Source: Methanotrichaceae archaeon (lineage in GTDB: Archaea > Halobacteriota > Methanosarcinia > Methanotrichales > Methanotrichaceae). From it: 64,000 bases of DNA. Every line of letters starts with the position of its first letter. Position 1 is the first letter of the stretch. A model generated the notes under the pieces. It searched no databases. It saw only the letters and a list, made by a program, of their open reading frames with translations, and was not told where the DNA came from. Location of the stretch: NCBI GenBank assembly GCA_963813075.1, contig CAWEXU010000030.1, forward strand, positions 424,755 through 488,754. Direction: 5' to 3'. Shown here piece after piece: positions 10,356-21,496 of this stretch. The position numbers and the translations under genes are program-made.

Positions 10356-10961
10356 ATGCCTATGGACCTGCCGCTTAACGAGATCATAATTCCCCTCATT
10401 GCCGTCGGCCTGGCGGAGATGGGCGACAAGACTCAGCTCTCTGTGATACTTCTCTCCTCTCGCACCCGGGAGTACACCTCGCTCCTGGCCGGAGTTATGC
10501 TCGCATTTCTGATCACAGACGGAATTGCCATTCTCATCGGCTCCTGGGTTACAGGCGTCATTCCCCTCCATCTGCTAAAACTGATATCCGGCGGGGTGTT
10601 CATTCTGTTTGGGGCGATGATTCTCAGAGGGGGTCAAGAGGAGGCTGAAGAGGGGGGCGGGCTATCTTCCGGAAATGCTCTGGTGTCCGGATTTTCCCTG
10701 ATCTTTCTCTCGGAGTGGGGGGATAAGACCCAGATCGCATCGGCACTCTTCGCCACGGAGTATGATCCGGTCATGGTCTTCATAGGGGTCATGGCAGCGC
10801 TATTCATTCTCTCTGCTATGGCGGTCTATCTGGGAAAGATCATCTCTGGTAAGGTCGACCGGAGGCTGGTATCCAGGATAGCGGGCACAGTGTTCTTGAT
10901 AATAGGCCTGGCGATCATCATCTCGATGGTAGTGCCATATGCGTTAGCTATTATATTCTAA
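10356..10961 (+). CDS. TMEM165/GDT1 (UPF0016) family cation transporter
   Basis: two E-x-GDKTQ motifs (EMGDKTQ, EWGDKTQ). Confidence 0.92.
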   Translation: MPMDLPLNEIIIPLIAVGLAEMGDKTQLSVILLSSRTREYTSLLAGVMLAFLITDGIAILIGSWVTGVIPLHLLKLISGGVFILFGAMILRGGQEEAEEGGGLSSGNALVSGFSLIFLSEWGDKTQIASALFATEYDPVMVFIGVMAALFILSAMAVYLGKIISGKVDRRLVSRIAGTVFLIIGLAIIISMVVPYALAIIF

Positions 10962-11074
10962 TAGCCTAATAAAATAGAATATGAAAATAAAATAGAATAT
11001 GGCAATAGAAAGGCCTTTGCCTTAAAGGCATAATGCCCTGCTATTGCTGCAGATTGTGTTGCGTTTTATCTGAT

Positions 11075-11269
11075 CTAAACCTTTTCTACCTTATCAGCCT
11101 TGGGGCCTTTCTCACCCTCAATGACATCGAAGCTAACCTTGTCGCCCTCATCGATTGCGACACCGGGCTTCAAGCCAGTTACGTGAACGAAATAGTCCTT
11201 GCCATCGTCGCCAGCTATGAATCCAAAGCTCTTGACTCTATTGAAAAACTTTACTGTTCCAGTTACCAT
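11075..11269 (-). CDS. cold-shock domain protein
   Basis: GTVKFFN..KSFGFI, DYFVH, KGPKA. Confidence 0.95.
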   Translation of the reverse strand: MVTGTVKFFNRVKSFGFIAGDDGKDYFVHVTGLKPGVAIDEGDKVSFDVIEGEKGPKADKVEKV

Positions 11270-11445
11270 TGTTTATTCCTCAATACGGTTAGAACTTTGG
11301 GATGATCTTCAACTACTTATAGTTGCTGGCAGCCCACCGCTCCGCGGGTCAAGAACAGCCATGTGAAGCTGCATCTACAGGAAAAGGTTTTATAGAAGAG
11401 CAAATACTGCTTAGTCGAGAATCATTTGCTGGAGGATTATTATAC

Positions 11446-13140
11446 ATGGCAGGAATGGGCGGATCACCAATTATCATTTTGAGAGATACCCGCAGAGAGT
11501 CGGGGACAGAAGCCATCTCGAATAACATCATGGCAGCACGCGCGGTGGCCAATGCCGTGCGCAGCTCCATGGGCCCCAAGGGCATGGACAAGCTGCTGGT
11601 GGACTCCATTGGTGACGTTACGATCACCAACGATGGGGTGACCATCCTCAAGGAGATGGATGTCCAGCATCCGGCTGCCAAGATGCTCATCGAGGCCGCC
11701 AAGACCCAGGATAAAGAGGTGGGAGACGGCACCACCACTGTGGCCGTGCTGGCGGGGGAGCTTCTCAAAAAGGCGGAGGTCCTCTTGGACCAGAAGGTCC
11801 ACCCCACGATGATTGTCCAGGGCTACAGAATGGCGGCAGACAAAGCAGTCCAGATTGCGAAGTCCATCGCTTTCGATGCCCAGGAGTCCGATCGCCCTCT
11901 GCTGGAGAGGATCGCCAGGACTGCCATGACCGGCAAGCTAGCAGACTCGCCTGACAGCAAGATGGCCGGGTACGCCGTTGATCTGGTCCTCAATGCCACT
12001 GAAGACTATGGGGGAAAAAGAGTCTTTGATATGGACCGGGTCAATGTGGAGAAGAAGGTGGGCGAGAGCAGCGCAGACTCGGAGATCATCGAGGGAGTGG
12101 TGATCGACAAGGAGATCGTCCACCAGAACATGCCCCGCAAGGTCACAAATGCCCGGGTAGCTCTACTCTCCTGTCCAATAGAATCCAAGGACACTGAGAC
12201 CAAGACTGAGGTGCAGATAACCTCTTCGGAACAGTTCCAGATGTTCATGGATCACGAGAAGATGAGGGTGAAGGAGGCAGCGGACAAGGTTATTGCCAGC
12301 GGTGCCAATGTGGTCTTCTGCCAGAAAGGGATCGATGACCTGGCCCAGCATTACCTCGCCCGAGCAGGAGTTCTCGCCCTGAGGAGGGTGATCAAGAAGG
12401 ACCTGGACAAGCTGGCCAAGTCCACAGGAGCTAACATCGTCACCAGCCTGGATGAGCTGAAACCCTCTGACCTGGGCTCTGCTGCTCTGGTGGAGGAGCG
12501 ACGGGTGGGTAGCGGTATCATGACATTTATCACCGGCACCAAGAACCGAGCTGCGACCCTCCTCCTTCGAGGTGGCACCCAGCAGGTCTTAAATGGCCTG
12601 GAAAGGGCTCTTGATGATGCACTGCATGCAGTGGCGGACGTGGTGGAGGACCGGAAGCTGGTGGTGGGCGGAGGAGCCCCAGAGATAGAGATCGCAATGC
12701 GCTTGCGGGAATATGCCGCCACCCTGAAGGGCAGGGAGCAGCTGGCAGTCGCCAGGTTCGCCGAAGCGATGGAGATCGTGCCCAAGACCCTGGCGGAGAA
12801 CGCCGGGTTCGATGCCATAGATAAGATCGCCGAGCTGAAGAGCAGTCACTCCAGCAATAAGAACGTGGGACTGAATGCCTACAGCGGAGAGACGGTGGAC
12901 ATGTATGAGCTGGGCGTGGTCGAGCCCCTGCGAGTCAAGATCCAGGCCATCTTATCGGCCACCGACGCAGCCTGCCTGATCCTGCGCATCGACGACGTCC
13001 TGGCCTCCACCAAGAAGCCTCCTGCCCGGCCCGCCGGCCCAGGCGGCATGCCTCCTGGGATGGGTGGCATGGGAGGTATGGGTGGTATGGGCGGCATGCC
13101 CGGAATGGGAATGGGCGGAATGCCTCCTGGGATGTTCTGA
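11446..13140 (+). CDS. thermosome (group II chaperonin) subunit
   Basis: [28 protein letters not shown]-terminal GGM tail; start placed at ATG 11446. Confidence 0.96.
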   Translation: MAGMGGSPIIILRDTRRESGTEAISNNIMAARAVANAVRSSMGPKGMDKLLVDSIGDVTITNDGVTILKEMDVQHPAAKMLIEAAKTQDKEVGDGTTTVAVLAGELLKKAEVLLDQKVHPTMIVQGYRMAADKAVQIAKSIAFDAQESDRPLLERIARTAMTGKLADSPDSKMAGYAVDLVLNATEDYGGKRVFDMDRVNVEKKVGESSADSEIIEGVVIDKEIVHQNMPRKVTNARVALLSCPIESKDTETKTEVQITSSEQFQMFMDHEKMRVKEAADKVIASGANVVFCQKGIDDLAQHYLARAGVLALRRVIKKDLDKLAKSTGANIVTSLDELKPSDLGSAALVEERRVGSGIMTFITGTKNRAATLLLRGGTQQVLNGLERALDDALHAVADVVEDRKLVVGGGAPEIEIAMRLREYAATLKGREQLAVARFAEAMEIVPKTLAENAGFDAIDKIAELKSSHSSNKNVGLNAYSGETVDMYELGVVEPLRVKIQAILSATDAACLILRIDDVLASTKKPPARPAGPGGMPPGMGGMGGMGGMGGMPGMGMGGMPPGMF

Positions 13141-13346
13141 ACATCCCAACACCATTTTTTATGGACCGGACGTACTTTTTTATTGGCCTGGACATACTCT
13201 TTTATTTTTGGTTATTCCTGATGCTGCTTTGGATAACGCATCAATTTACACCTGACGGAAATTAGGTAATGCAAATTCTTTATGCATATTGATAACGTTA
13301 TCTATATATAACTTATAAAGAGATCCCTTTCTGAGGTCGAGCAGCA

Positions 13347-14132
13347 ATGGAAGGATATTGGATCTGGCTGGCTTTCCTGGCCTTAGCGCTGATATCACTG
13401 AGCATCATCCAGCTGGAAGCTGGTCGGAATAAAAGGCTTCTAGCAGGCCATCGCCAGATGCAAATGGATGTGCAAAAGCTGCAGGGCCAGCTCAGGGAAA
13501 AGGAGATGAAGCTGGACCAGCTCCAGCGGGGGTACGGGCAGTTGCTCAAACTTAAGGGCCGCAGCCTGGATCTGGAAGAGGAGCTAAAGAAAGCGAAGAG
13601 ATCATCTGAGTACGAATCAATGGAGAGGCTGCAGTACCTGGAGAGCTACCTTGCCCGCCAGGACCAGGATCCATCTGCCGTCTTCCTGGGCACCTTTCCC
13701 CCTCTTCGCCTCCACTCCATTGAAGACCGGCTCAGCCGGATGCTGGAGACGGCCAGGTTTGAGGTGGTGGTCGTATCCCCCTGGATAAAGAGGCCGACCT
13801 GGAATCGGATTTCCGCTCCATTGCAGAAGTTCTTCCGCCGGGGTGGGAGGCTGGTGGTGTTCATGAGAGGGCGGGAATCGGACTACCGCTCGGGAATGAG
13901 CGATGATATCCAGGATGAGGTCAGGAGGCTGGGTGGAGAGATCCTGTTCGTACATTCCCTGCATGCCAAGATCTATATGATCGACAGAAAGGAGGCGATA
14001 GTCACCTCTGCCAATCTCTCTCAGGGAGGGATAGACGATAACTACGAGGCAGGAGTGTGGCTGAACGACCCCCATGTCATCCGCGATATCTGTGCTTATG
14101 TCGATGGCCTGTACAGGTGCCGCCAGAATTGA
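13347..14132 (+). CDS. membrane-anchored coiled-coil plus phospholipase D-like domain protein
   Basis: N-terminal TM; coiled coil; VSPWI; HKD motif LHAKIYMID...TSANLS..G...NYE. Confidence 0.85.
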   Translation: MEGYWIWLAFLALALISLSIIQLEAGRNKRLLAGHRQMQMDVQKLQGQLREKEMKLDQLQRGYGQLLKLKGRSLDLEEELKKAKRSSEYESMERLQYLESYLARQDQDPSAVFLGTFPPLRLHSIEDRLSRMLETARFEVVVVSPWIKRPTWNRISAPLQKFFRRGGRLVVFMRGRESDYRSGMSDDIQDEVRRLGGEILFVHSLHAKIYMIDRKEAIVTSANLSQGGIDDNYEAGVWLNDPHVIRDICAYVDGLYRCRQN

Positions 14133-14204
14133 AGAGAGGAAAGGATCTTCTATTCCATCTGTTAAAACCTGCTCTGAATTCAGGCGATTTGGAGGGCTGA
14201 GCCA

Positions 14205-14767
14205 TTTGTCAAGGATATAGATCTGGTGAGGTTTATTCTCCGGACGAGGATACATTTCTTCTCCTCGAGGCGGCTATGAAAGAGGCCCGCCCAGAGGATC
14301 ATGTGCTCGAGGTCGGATGCGGCTCGGGCCTGATTTCTCTGGAGTTGGCCGGGCAGGTGGAGAGGCTCGTCGCCCTGGACATAAATCCTCATGCCGTCAG
14401 GGCGACCAGGGAGAGGGGGGTGGAGGTGGTGAGGTCTGACCTCTTCGGAGGGATAAAAGGGCGGTTCGATCTGATCTTATTCAATCCCCCTTATCTTCCC
14501 ACCCAAAAAAGTGAGCGAAGCGATCAATGGATCAACTATGCCCTGGACGGGGGAGAGAGTGGCCGGGAGACCATAGGCCGGTTCTTGGCTCATCTGGCGG
14601 ACCATCTCCGGCCGGGGGGAAGAGCCCTGCTTCTCATATCCAGCCTGACCGGACCGGAGGAGGTGGAGGAGATGGCAGAGGCTGCCGGGCTGGCCTCAGA
14701 GAGGGTGGCCAGCAAAGGATGCTTTTTTGAACGGCTCATGGTGCTGAGAATCACAGTCCGTAATTGA
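14205..14767 (+). CDS. HemK2/PrmC-related N5-glutamine methyltransferase; start region probably affected by an indel
   Basis: EVYSPDEDTFLL lies in frame upstream of ATG 14276; VLEVGCGSG; FNPPY. Confidence 0.88.
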
Positions 14768-14813
14768 GTCCCCTCGGGTCAGGGTGATTCATGGATCTAA
14801 TCTTATCAATATC

Positions 14814-15752
14814 TCAATCCGAGATGCTTGTGGTTCCATCGCCTTTCTCCTCCAGCAGATCGATCAGCTTTTCCAGCACCTCAAATACCCCTTCACCGGT
14901 CTCGGTGGACATCTCGGGCAGGTCAATGTATCTTTTGATGTCCGTTTTATTGGCCACGATCAGCATGGGCAACTGGATCCAATTCTTCAGGTCTTCTGCT
15001 AAGCTAAGCTGTGAATCCAGAGGATAGCCGCAATGCTCGCTTGGGTCCAGAATGTATAGAACTACCCCCTGCAAATGGCTGAGGGCGGCCACGGTCTGCC
15101 TCTCGATCTCATTTCTCTCCGCCATTGGCCGGTCGAGCAATCCGGGAGTATCCATCACCTGATACTTCCTGTCGTCCCGAACAAAGTGGCCCACAATTAT
15201 CCCTTTAGTGGTAAATGGATAGCTTGCCACCTCGGGTTTGGCTCCAGTGATGCGGATGATGAAGCTTGATTTGCCCACATTGGGATAGCCGGCGATGAGA
15301 ATGACTGGCATTAGGGGGTCAATTGTCGGGATCTTGCGAAGCAGATTTCTGGCTTTGTTCAGGAAGAGCATGTCCTTCTCAATCGATCTCATCACTGAAG
15401 AGAGGCGGCCAAAAGCCGCCTTTCGGAGGGGGGTGCTGTCCGTCCCTCGGGTTCTCTTGATCTTGCCCACATACTCTCTTGTTATTATTCGTGTCTGTCT
15501 GGAGGCCCAGCGCAGGCGAGACAGGCTGATTCTGATCTTGTCTACGCCCACTGTTATCTCCACCATCTCTCTGTAAAAAGGAGGAAGATTGTCAAAGGAG
15601 GGGAACTTACGGATTAAATTGGCGAGATTGTCTGAGAGGATATTGCCTGCATTCATGACCATGGACTCATTGTCGGCAGCGCGGGAGGCGCGCCTGAATG
15701 ATTTATCTAGAAGTTCCTGCGATGTGGGGATAGTTGGAAGACGCTCAAACAT
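14814..15752 (-). CDS. NOG1-family GTP-binding protein
   Basis: GYPNVGKS, YPFTTK, DTPGLLDR, NKTD. Confidence 0.93.
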   Translation of the reverse strand: MFERLPTIPTSQELLDKSFRRASRAADNESMVMNAGNILSDNLANLIRKFPSFDNLPPFYREMVEITVGVDKIRISLSRLRWASRQTRIITREYVGKIKRTRGTDSTPLRKAAFGRLSSVMRSIEKDMLFLNKARNLLRKIPTIDPLMPVILIAGYPNVGKSSFIIRITGAKPEVASYPFTTKGIIVGHFVRDDRKYQVMDTPGLLDRPMAERNEIERQTVAALSHLQGVVLYILDPSEHCGYPLDSQLSLAEDLKNWIQLPMLIVANKTDIKRYIDLPEMSTETGEGVFEVLEKLIDLLEEKGDGTTSISD

Positions 15753-15906
15753 CGATAGAACTTGCCGGCATTAACAGATAAAGCTTCGGTCCGGCTTCTG
15801 CCTCCTTGGGGCCATGTGTGGCCTGGGCGACGGCATTTCTCATTTAATAAATGGTTTTCGGAAGGCTTTTATAGTACTTCTTTATCTATATAGATGAGGT
15901 GACCTT

Positions 15907-16191
15907 TTGAAGAGACTAGGCACCGCGCTTCATGTCGTGCAAAATAAGTTGATAGTCCTGAGCGAAGAGATCGTTGGAAGCGAGACCGATATTCCCAGGG
16001 GAAACTCCTGGGTGGTGGATCAGAAGAGGACCCGAGTCGGAAAGGTTTTCGATATATTCGGTCCAGTTGATCGTCCATACATAATCGTTCGGCCAAATAG
16101 AGGAATAGATGCCGCTGCCCACATCGGAAAGAAGCTCTATATCGATGAGGCGCCGGGGAGAGATAGCAAGTGGAAGAAATTGAAAAGCTGA
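15907..16191 (+). CDS. gar1: H/ACA RNP component Gar1/Naf1
   Basis: [22 protein letters not shown]; upstream of tfb. Confidence 0.88.
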   Translation: MKRLGTALHVVQNKLIVLSEEIVGSETDIPRGNSWVVDQKRTRVGKVFDIFGPVDRPYIIVRPNRGIDAAAHIGKKLYIDEAPGRDSKWKKLKS

Positions 16192-17183
16192 GAGAGATAG
16201 AGAGGGCGGAACCGGAGAAGCTCAAGGAGCGTACCCGGCTCAAACGCGAGAAGGAGAAGGTAGACGAGTTTGAGAAGTTTACCGTCGAGTGTCCAGAGTG
16301 CAAGAGCCACACCCTGGTGCGCGACTATGAACGGGCAGAACTGGTTTGCTCCGACTGCGGCCTGGTGATCGATGAGAACTTCATAGATCAGGGGCCGGAA
16401 TGGAGAGCCTTCGACCACGATCAACGCATGAAGAGGTCGAGGGTTGGAGCGCCCATGACGTATACCATCCACGACAAGGGACTCTCCACCATGATCGATT
16501 GGAGGAACAGGGACTCATATGGCAAGACCATATCCTCCAAGAACAGGGCTCAGCTCTACCGCTTGAGAAAATGGCAGAGGCGCATCCGGGTCAGCAATGC
16601 CACAGAGCGAAACCTGGCATTCGCCCTGTCCGAGCTGGACCGGATGGCATCAGCCTTGGGTCTGTCCAGGAATGTGCGGGAGACGGCAGCCGTCGTCTAC
16701 CGCAAGGCAGTGGATAAGAACCTGATCCGGGGGCGGAGCATTGAGGGCGTGGCCGCAGCAGCGCTCTATGCCGCCTGCCGGCAGTGCAATGTGCCCCGTA
16801 CTCTGGATGAGATCGCAGAGGTATCCAGGGTATCGAGAAAAGAGATCGGCAGGACCTACCGCTTCGTATCCCGGGAGCTGGCCTTAAAGCTCATGCCCAC
16901 CAGCCCCATCGACTACATTCCCCGCTTCTGCTCCGGCCTGAATCTGAAGGGCGAGGTGCAGGCCAAGGGAATTGAGATCCTCCGCCAGGCCGCGGAAAAG
17001 GAGCTCACCAGCGGGCGCGGGCCCACGGGGGTGGCAGCAGCGGCGATCTACATCGCCTCCATCCTCTGCGGGGACCGGCGCACCCAGCGCGAGGTGGCAG
17101 ATGTGGCGGGAGTGACAGAGGTCACCATCAGGAACCGCTACAAAGAGCTGGCAGAAGAGCTGGATATAGAGATAATCCTTTGA
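16170..17183 (+). CDS. tfb: transcription initiation factor IIB
   Basis: CPEC..CSDC zinc ribbon; GPEWRAF; two cyclin repeats. Confidence 0.97.
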   Translation: MEEIEKLREIERAEPEKLKERTRLKREKEKVDEFEKFTVECPECKSHTLVRDYERAELVCSDCGLVIDENFIDQGPEWRAFDHDQRMKRSRVGAPMTYTIHDKGLSTMIDWRNRDSYGKTISSKNRAQLYRLRKWQRRIRVSNATERNLAFALSELDRMASALGLSRNVRETAAVVYRKAVDKNLIRGRSIEGVAAAALYAACRQCNVPRTLDEIAEVSRVSRKEIGRTYRFVSRELALKLMPTSPIDYIPRFCSGLNLKGEVQAKGIEILRQAAEKELTSGRGPTGVAAAAIYIASILCGDRRTQREVADVAGVTEVTIRNRYKELAEELDIEIIL

Positions 17184-17226
17184 AGGGATATCTCTAGCAT
17201 CTTTTTTTCAGGCAATTGCCCTAGAA

Positions 17227-17946
17227 TCAGATTCCTGTTTTAGCCTTTATCTGCGAGACGTCTTCTTCTATCTTTGCCAGCCTCTCGGATAGATCATCTC
17301 TATAATCAGAACGTATATCATCAATGCTGGCAGCTGTTTCCTCTTTGGCGGAGTCTATTTTTTCTGCTAGCAGATCTCCTGATGATTTGACCTGATCTCT
17401 CACCCCAACGATCTCCGCTTTCAGGTCGTCTCTTGTGACCCTTATCTCGTCCTTTAATTCCACGCGGGTGGCTTTGACCTCGTCACGCGTAGCTTTCACC
17501 TCATCGCGAGTGGCCCTTATCTCTTCTTTGAGTTCTTCGCGAGTGGCTCGTATCTCATCTTTCAGTTCCACTCGGGTGGCTTTTATCTCCTTAAGCACAT
17601 CCTTGTTTACGGAGATCAGCTCCTTTAGCAATTCCGCTGCTTGATCGATCCTCTGATCGGTTTCTCCACTACCCGAGACCACCTTAAAAAATCCCTGGAA
17701 TTCGTTGGTTGCGGCTGAATACTCCTTCTGGATATCTGCCACCTGAATCAGAGTATTCTTGATGTCTATGGCGGCAAGAAGGCTCCCCAGGTCGTAGTCT
17801 TGCCCTTCTGCCACCACCTTGACCCGGCCGTCATCGAGGTTCTGGACGTAGCCGGTCAGTCCAAAGTCCCTGGCAATGGAAACCACCCTGGCCCGGTAGC
17901 CGGTCTTCTGGACCTTGCCGGAGATATAAGCGGTCAGCCTGCGCAT
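17227..17946 (-). CDS. acylphosphatase domain plus repetitive coiled-coil tail
   Basis: ISGKVQKTGYR, GYVQNLDDGRV; repeated EI(K/R)ATR-x-ELK. Confidence 0.85.
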   Translation of the reverse strand: MRRLTAYISGKVQKTGYRARVVSIARDFGLTGYVQNLDDGRVKVVAEGQDYDLGSLLAAIDIKNTLIQVADIQKEYSAATNEFQGFFKVVSGSGETDQRIDQAAELLKELISVNKDVLKEIKATRVELKDEIRATREELKEEIRATRDEVKATRDEVKATRVELKDEIRVTRDDLKAEIVGVRDQVKSSGDLLAEKIDSAKEETAASIDDIRSDYRDDLSERLAKIEEDVSQIKAKTGI

Positions 17947-18035
17947 TACAGTTAATTGTCGACTCTTTTTATTTAAGCCTATGACCTGAGACGGTAATTT
18001 AACTGGAGGATTGATCGGAGGTTGAAGGGTAGGCT

Positions 18036-18262
18036 ATGAGTCTCTCAGGAGCGAGTCTTATTCAGCCGTGGCTTGGAATCAAGTAAGAAGGAGGGAGGCA
18101 AAAGTCAGTGATGTAGGAGGGAAAAGATGTCGACCTTTGCCAATTACTATATACGGCAATCGCCGATATAAAAAGATTCCGCTTGGGGGCAATCGGGGAA
18201 TTGGTCCGGATGATGAATTCAAGCAGCTTCTGGCCACATGCCCCGCTCTGTGCGCAGGTTAA
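18036..18262 (+). pseudogene. possible degenerate HicA-like toxin remnant
   Basis: fragments MSLSGASLI / WNQVRR / GIGPDDEFKQLL resemble HicA termini; reading frame is broken. Confidence 0.25.
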
Positions 18263-18329
18263 ATGCAAAAAGATCGGGACTAGCAGATCTCCAGACGGGT
18301 TGGCTGATGAGAACGCCCCCTGATAAAGA

Positions 18330-18512
18330 CTATTTGCCCGCGGCCTCTTGCAGCAGCAATTGTGCATCCCCATGCATGCTCGCGAGCTTTCTGGTGATGG
18401 GATGATGCGGGCCGTATTCCTGCTCCGCCAGCCCTTTAATCCGCCAGATGTCGGAGAGGAGCCTGCCGATCTCCTTTTGAACGTACCTGCGGTTTTGCTC
18501 GGTCATGGTCAA
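18330..18512 (-). CDS. small hypothetical protein (60 aa)
   Basis: protein-like helical composition; follows the pentapeptide gene on the same strand. Confidence 0.6.
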   Translation of the reverse strand: MTMTEQNRRYVQKEIGRLLSDIWRIKGLAEQEYGPHHPITRKLASMHGDAQLLLQEAAGK

Positions 18513-18583
18513 AACATCTCGGGCCCTTGAAGCCTCTCTTTCATTTTACCCTTTTCGCCGTACTTCTTAAAGGCTGGGACTCC

Positions 18584-19834
18584 TTATGCCGCTCTCACTA
18601 TTGTCCCGCCGATGGAGATGAATAGTAGTATGGAAAAAAGGCCTCCAAGCAGCCTCTCCAGGATGAAAGCCCATTTTATCCCGAATCCGGATCTTCCCTC
18701 GATTCTGGGCAGGGCAGGGGGAGCGATAAAGAGCTTCGTGCCTGATAGGAAGACGGTGACGCTGAAGCCCAGAATGTCTATGATATCGCCGTCAACCCAT
18801 TCCTCGCCCACCGGCAGGACGGCTGGGGTCATATCATTTGGACCGCCCAGCCCCTGTTCCCACCAGAATAAGGTAAATACGAGAATGATGGCGATGGAGA
18901 AGAGAAAGGCATTGAAGGGCTTTGTGCCATATCCATAAAACCATTCCAGGGGATAGTCTATGAGCTTTCTGAACCACTCTTCTCCATCGTTTACCGCCGG
19001 CCATGGCCTGGCTCTGTGCTCCTTTCTATACTGGAAGTAGCAGCTGTCATAATCCTCGAAATAGCCCAGAGCTTTGAAATTTTTCATTAAAGAAATATAG
19101 GCAGTATCGTCATAGACAAGGTGCCCATCAATATTATACCATCTGGTATATAATTCATCATATCTGGTCTTTGTGAGCGAGAGCATGCCCAGAAAGGTGG
19201 TGTTCTCAAAGAGGAGGTCTCCCTTGAACTGACTGCCATTGAAACTGGCATTTGCATTGAACAGCGCATCATTGAAGTAGGCCTCTTTTTCAAATGTATT
19301 GTGAATGAAGTCGGCATCAGCGTTGAATTTCGAGCCCCAAAAGTAGGTATATCCATAAAATTCCAGGAACCTGAAGCTGGCTGGGCCGTTGAACTGCGAG
19401 AATATGAAGTCGGCATTGTCCATAAATTCTGAGTCTCCGAAGTAGGCATAGCCATTGAATTTTGAACTCATGAAGTGGGCACTACCGTTGAATTTCATGT
19501 ATGTGAAATAGGCGTCTTTATTGAATTTCGCATCCTTAAACTGGGCGTCTCCATTGAATTCCGAGTGCTTGAAGTGGACATCCCTGTTAAATATGGTTCT
19601 GTCAAAATTCGCTTTATTTTGAAAAACAACGTGGTAAAAATGGACTGGGAAATCAATTGCCATTCCGCTGAGGTTCAATTCACCCACAATTGTGCAGTTT
19701 GCATACTCCGCTGGCTGGCCATCTTTGATATTTTCCAGGACATCTCCTGCCGGAATGACTCTTCATCTGACACGCCTGCAGATAATCCGATTATGAAAAA
19801 GAGAGCGGTCAGGACCAAACCAGGGATTCGACTC
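18584..19834 (-). CDS. pentapeptide-repeat protein with C-terminal membrane (channel-like) domain; indel near 19762
   Basis: A-x-F-x-x-x-x-F repeats; YGYGTKP and TM helices; signal peptide (LSRIPGLVLTALFFIIG) lies in another frame upstream. Confidence 0.75.
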
Positions 19835-19980
19835 AGAAGCTTTTGCCTCCTGTGGATATATAGGTGGTTTAGCTAAATAAATTTTGCCTGTGGGAGGACG
19901 CTGCTTGAGGGGTGCGTCTTAGGAACGCTATCTATTGAGATAAAAAGGGCTTGATTAATTGAGACTAAAAAAGTGAGGCT

Positions 19981-20421
19981 TCAGGCCTCTTTCTCCTCCT
20001 CCGGATACCAGGATACAATGTCACCCTCGGGGTCCTTCAGCACTGCCAGGTCCCCGCCGTTGTTCCAGATGGATGTGCTCCGGTTCCAGAAGAGGTTCTC
20101 TGCGCTGTCATCCCCCTCGCCCGTCCGCACGACCACCTTGGCCCCTGCGGCGAGGACGAAGTCGGAGAAGGTGTAGGTGTGATTCTGGGCATCGGTCAGC
20201 GTCCAGCCGGCCATATTCACGTCCGAGGTGCCTTTGTTGGTGATCTCCACCCATTCGTCATCCAGGTTCTCCTTCTCCGGGCTTGTGGCCACGAAGTTGG
20301 CGGCGGTTATGGCGATCGGAGTCTCTGTTGTGCTGGCGTTCTCTTCTTGGGCAAGCGCTGTGCCGAGGAACATGATGGCAAGCAAGATGCCGAGCATACC
20401 TGTAAATATTTTGTTATTCAT
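19981..20421 (-). CDS. secreted lamin tail domain protein
   Basis: EWVEITNKG..VNMAGWTLTD...YTF...IWNNGGD; signal peptide. Confidence 0.88.
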   Translation of the reverse strand: MNNKIFTGMLGILLAIMFLGTALAQEENASTTETPIAITAANFVATSPEKENLDDEWVEITNKGTSDVNMAGWTLTDAQNHTYTFSDFVLAAGAKVVVRTGEGDDSAENLFWNRSTSIWNNGGDLAVLKDPEGDIVSWYPEEEKEA

Positions 20422-20660
20422 CGATTCACCTTTTAATTATTTTTTGATTTTAGCAAGAGCCAGATCCATTCAATGTTATATAAATTTTTCTACAGTATTA
20501 TTAACTGTCCCGCAGGACACCATTGCGGGTGCTCCTGAGTTCGCTTGCAATGAGGCACACTTGCGATTTCTATCGATCTTTTTGTACCTCCTCCCCTCCG
20601 CAATTGCAAAGTATTTATACGAGCCCATAAACACATTAAAGAAAATTATGGAGATCAATC

Positions 20661-21332
20661 ATGAAGCTCCCATCAATCTGCATTCTCCTGTTCGCGGCCC
20701 TGCTCTTCGGCATCGCCCCGTCCAGCTCGCAGCTGTATTTCACCGTCTCCGTGCCCGATGGCTGGGATATCACCGGGCTGGGCTGCAATGGCATAACCGC
20801 CGTGGACTCCTCCAACCCCGCCCGGGGGATATTGGCCCTGAACCACCTGCACCAGGGCTTCGACATCCTGCCCTCGTATACCACGCCCGAGACCTATGTG
20901 GAATATTATATGCCGCAGGACTTCAGCCTGGGCGAGACCAGGGTTTCGGAGATGAAGATCATCGAATATGAGGCCGATCAGCAGCTGTCAAACGCCTACG
21001 TCTCCTGGGCCGGCCCCACAAGCTCCGCCAAATCGATGCGCTGCTCATTCCTGGTCAACGGCATCCCGGCGGAGGGCTCAATTATGGTGGCGACAAGAGA
21101 GCTATTCGGCTATGGAACCACAATCGACCTTCTCTATGGCATCTTCGCCCCGGCGGAAGAGTTCGAGGAGGAGGCGCCAGTGCTCCTGGAGAGCATCGAT
21201 TCCATCCGGCTGATACGGGATTACTTCTGCGTCTGCTTTGACTGTCCTGCATACGATTGTGAATACCAATGCAGCAACGGATGCTGCAATGATCCATGCG
21301 ACGAGAATGATCGCTGCCCGGAGCTGGAGTAA
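20661..21332 (+). CDS. hypothetical secreted protein with Cys-rich C-terminus
   Basis: signal peptide; tail CVCFDCPAYDCEYQCSNGCCNDPCDENDRC. Confidence 0.75.
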   Translation: MKLPSICILLFAALLFGIAPSSSQLYFTVSVPDGWDITGLGCNGITAVDSSNPARGILALNHLHQGFDILPSYTTPETYVEYYMPQDFSLGETRVSEMKIIEYEADQQLSNAYVSWAGPTSSAKSMRCSFLVNGIPAEGSIMVATRELFGYGTTIDLLYGIFAPAEEFEEEAPVLLESIDSIRLIRDYFCVCFDCPAYDCEYQCSNGCCNDPCDENDRCPELE

Positions 21333-21496
21333 AGCCGTGGGAATTGCGAAATCCCCGAGTCTGTTATGGCTCGCAAGGCTCAATTGAGGCCACACGCAAT
21401 CTCAACTTTCAATTTTTTGTAAATTTAATTAAGTTCAGAAGTTTTTCGGGTGTATCAGAAGGAATCTTCTTATACTAATTGATACTGTTATAATAT

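Noticed and set aside
10968..11001. Short AATAAAATAGAATATG duplication
   Set aside because: AT-rich slippage between convergent genes; no sign of function.
13040..13137. GGM low-complexity repeat
   Set aside because: Ordinary chaperonin C-terminal tail.
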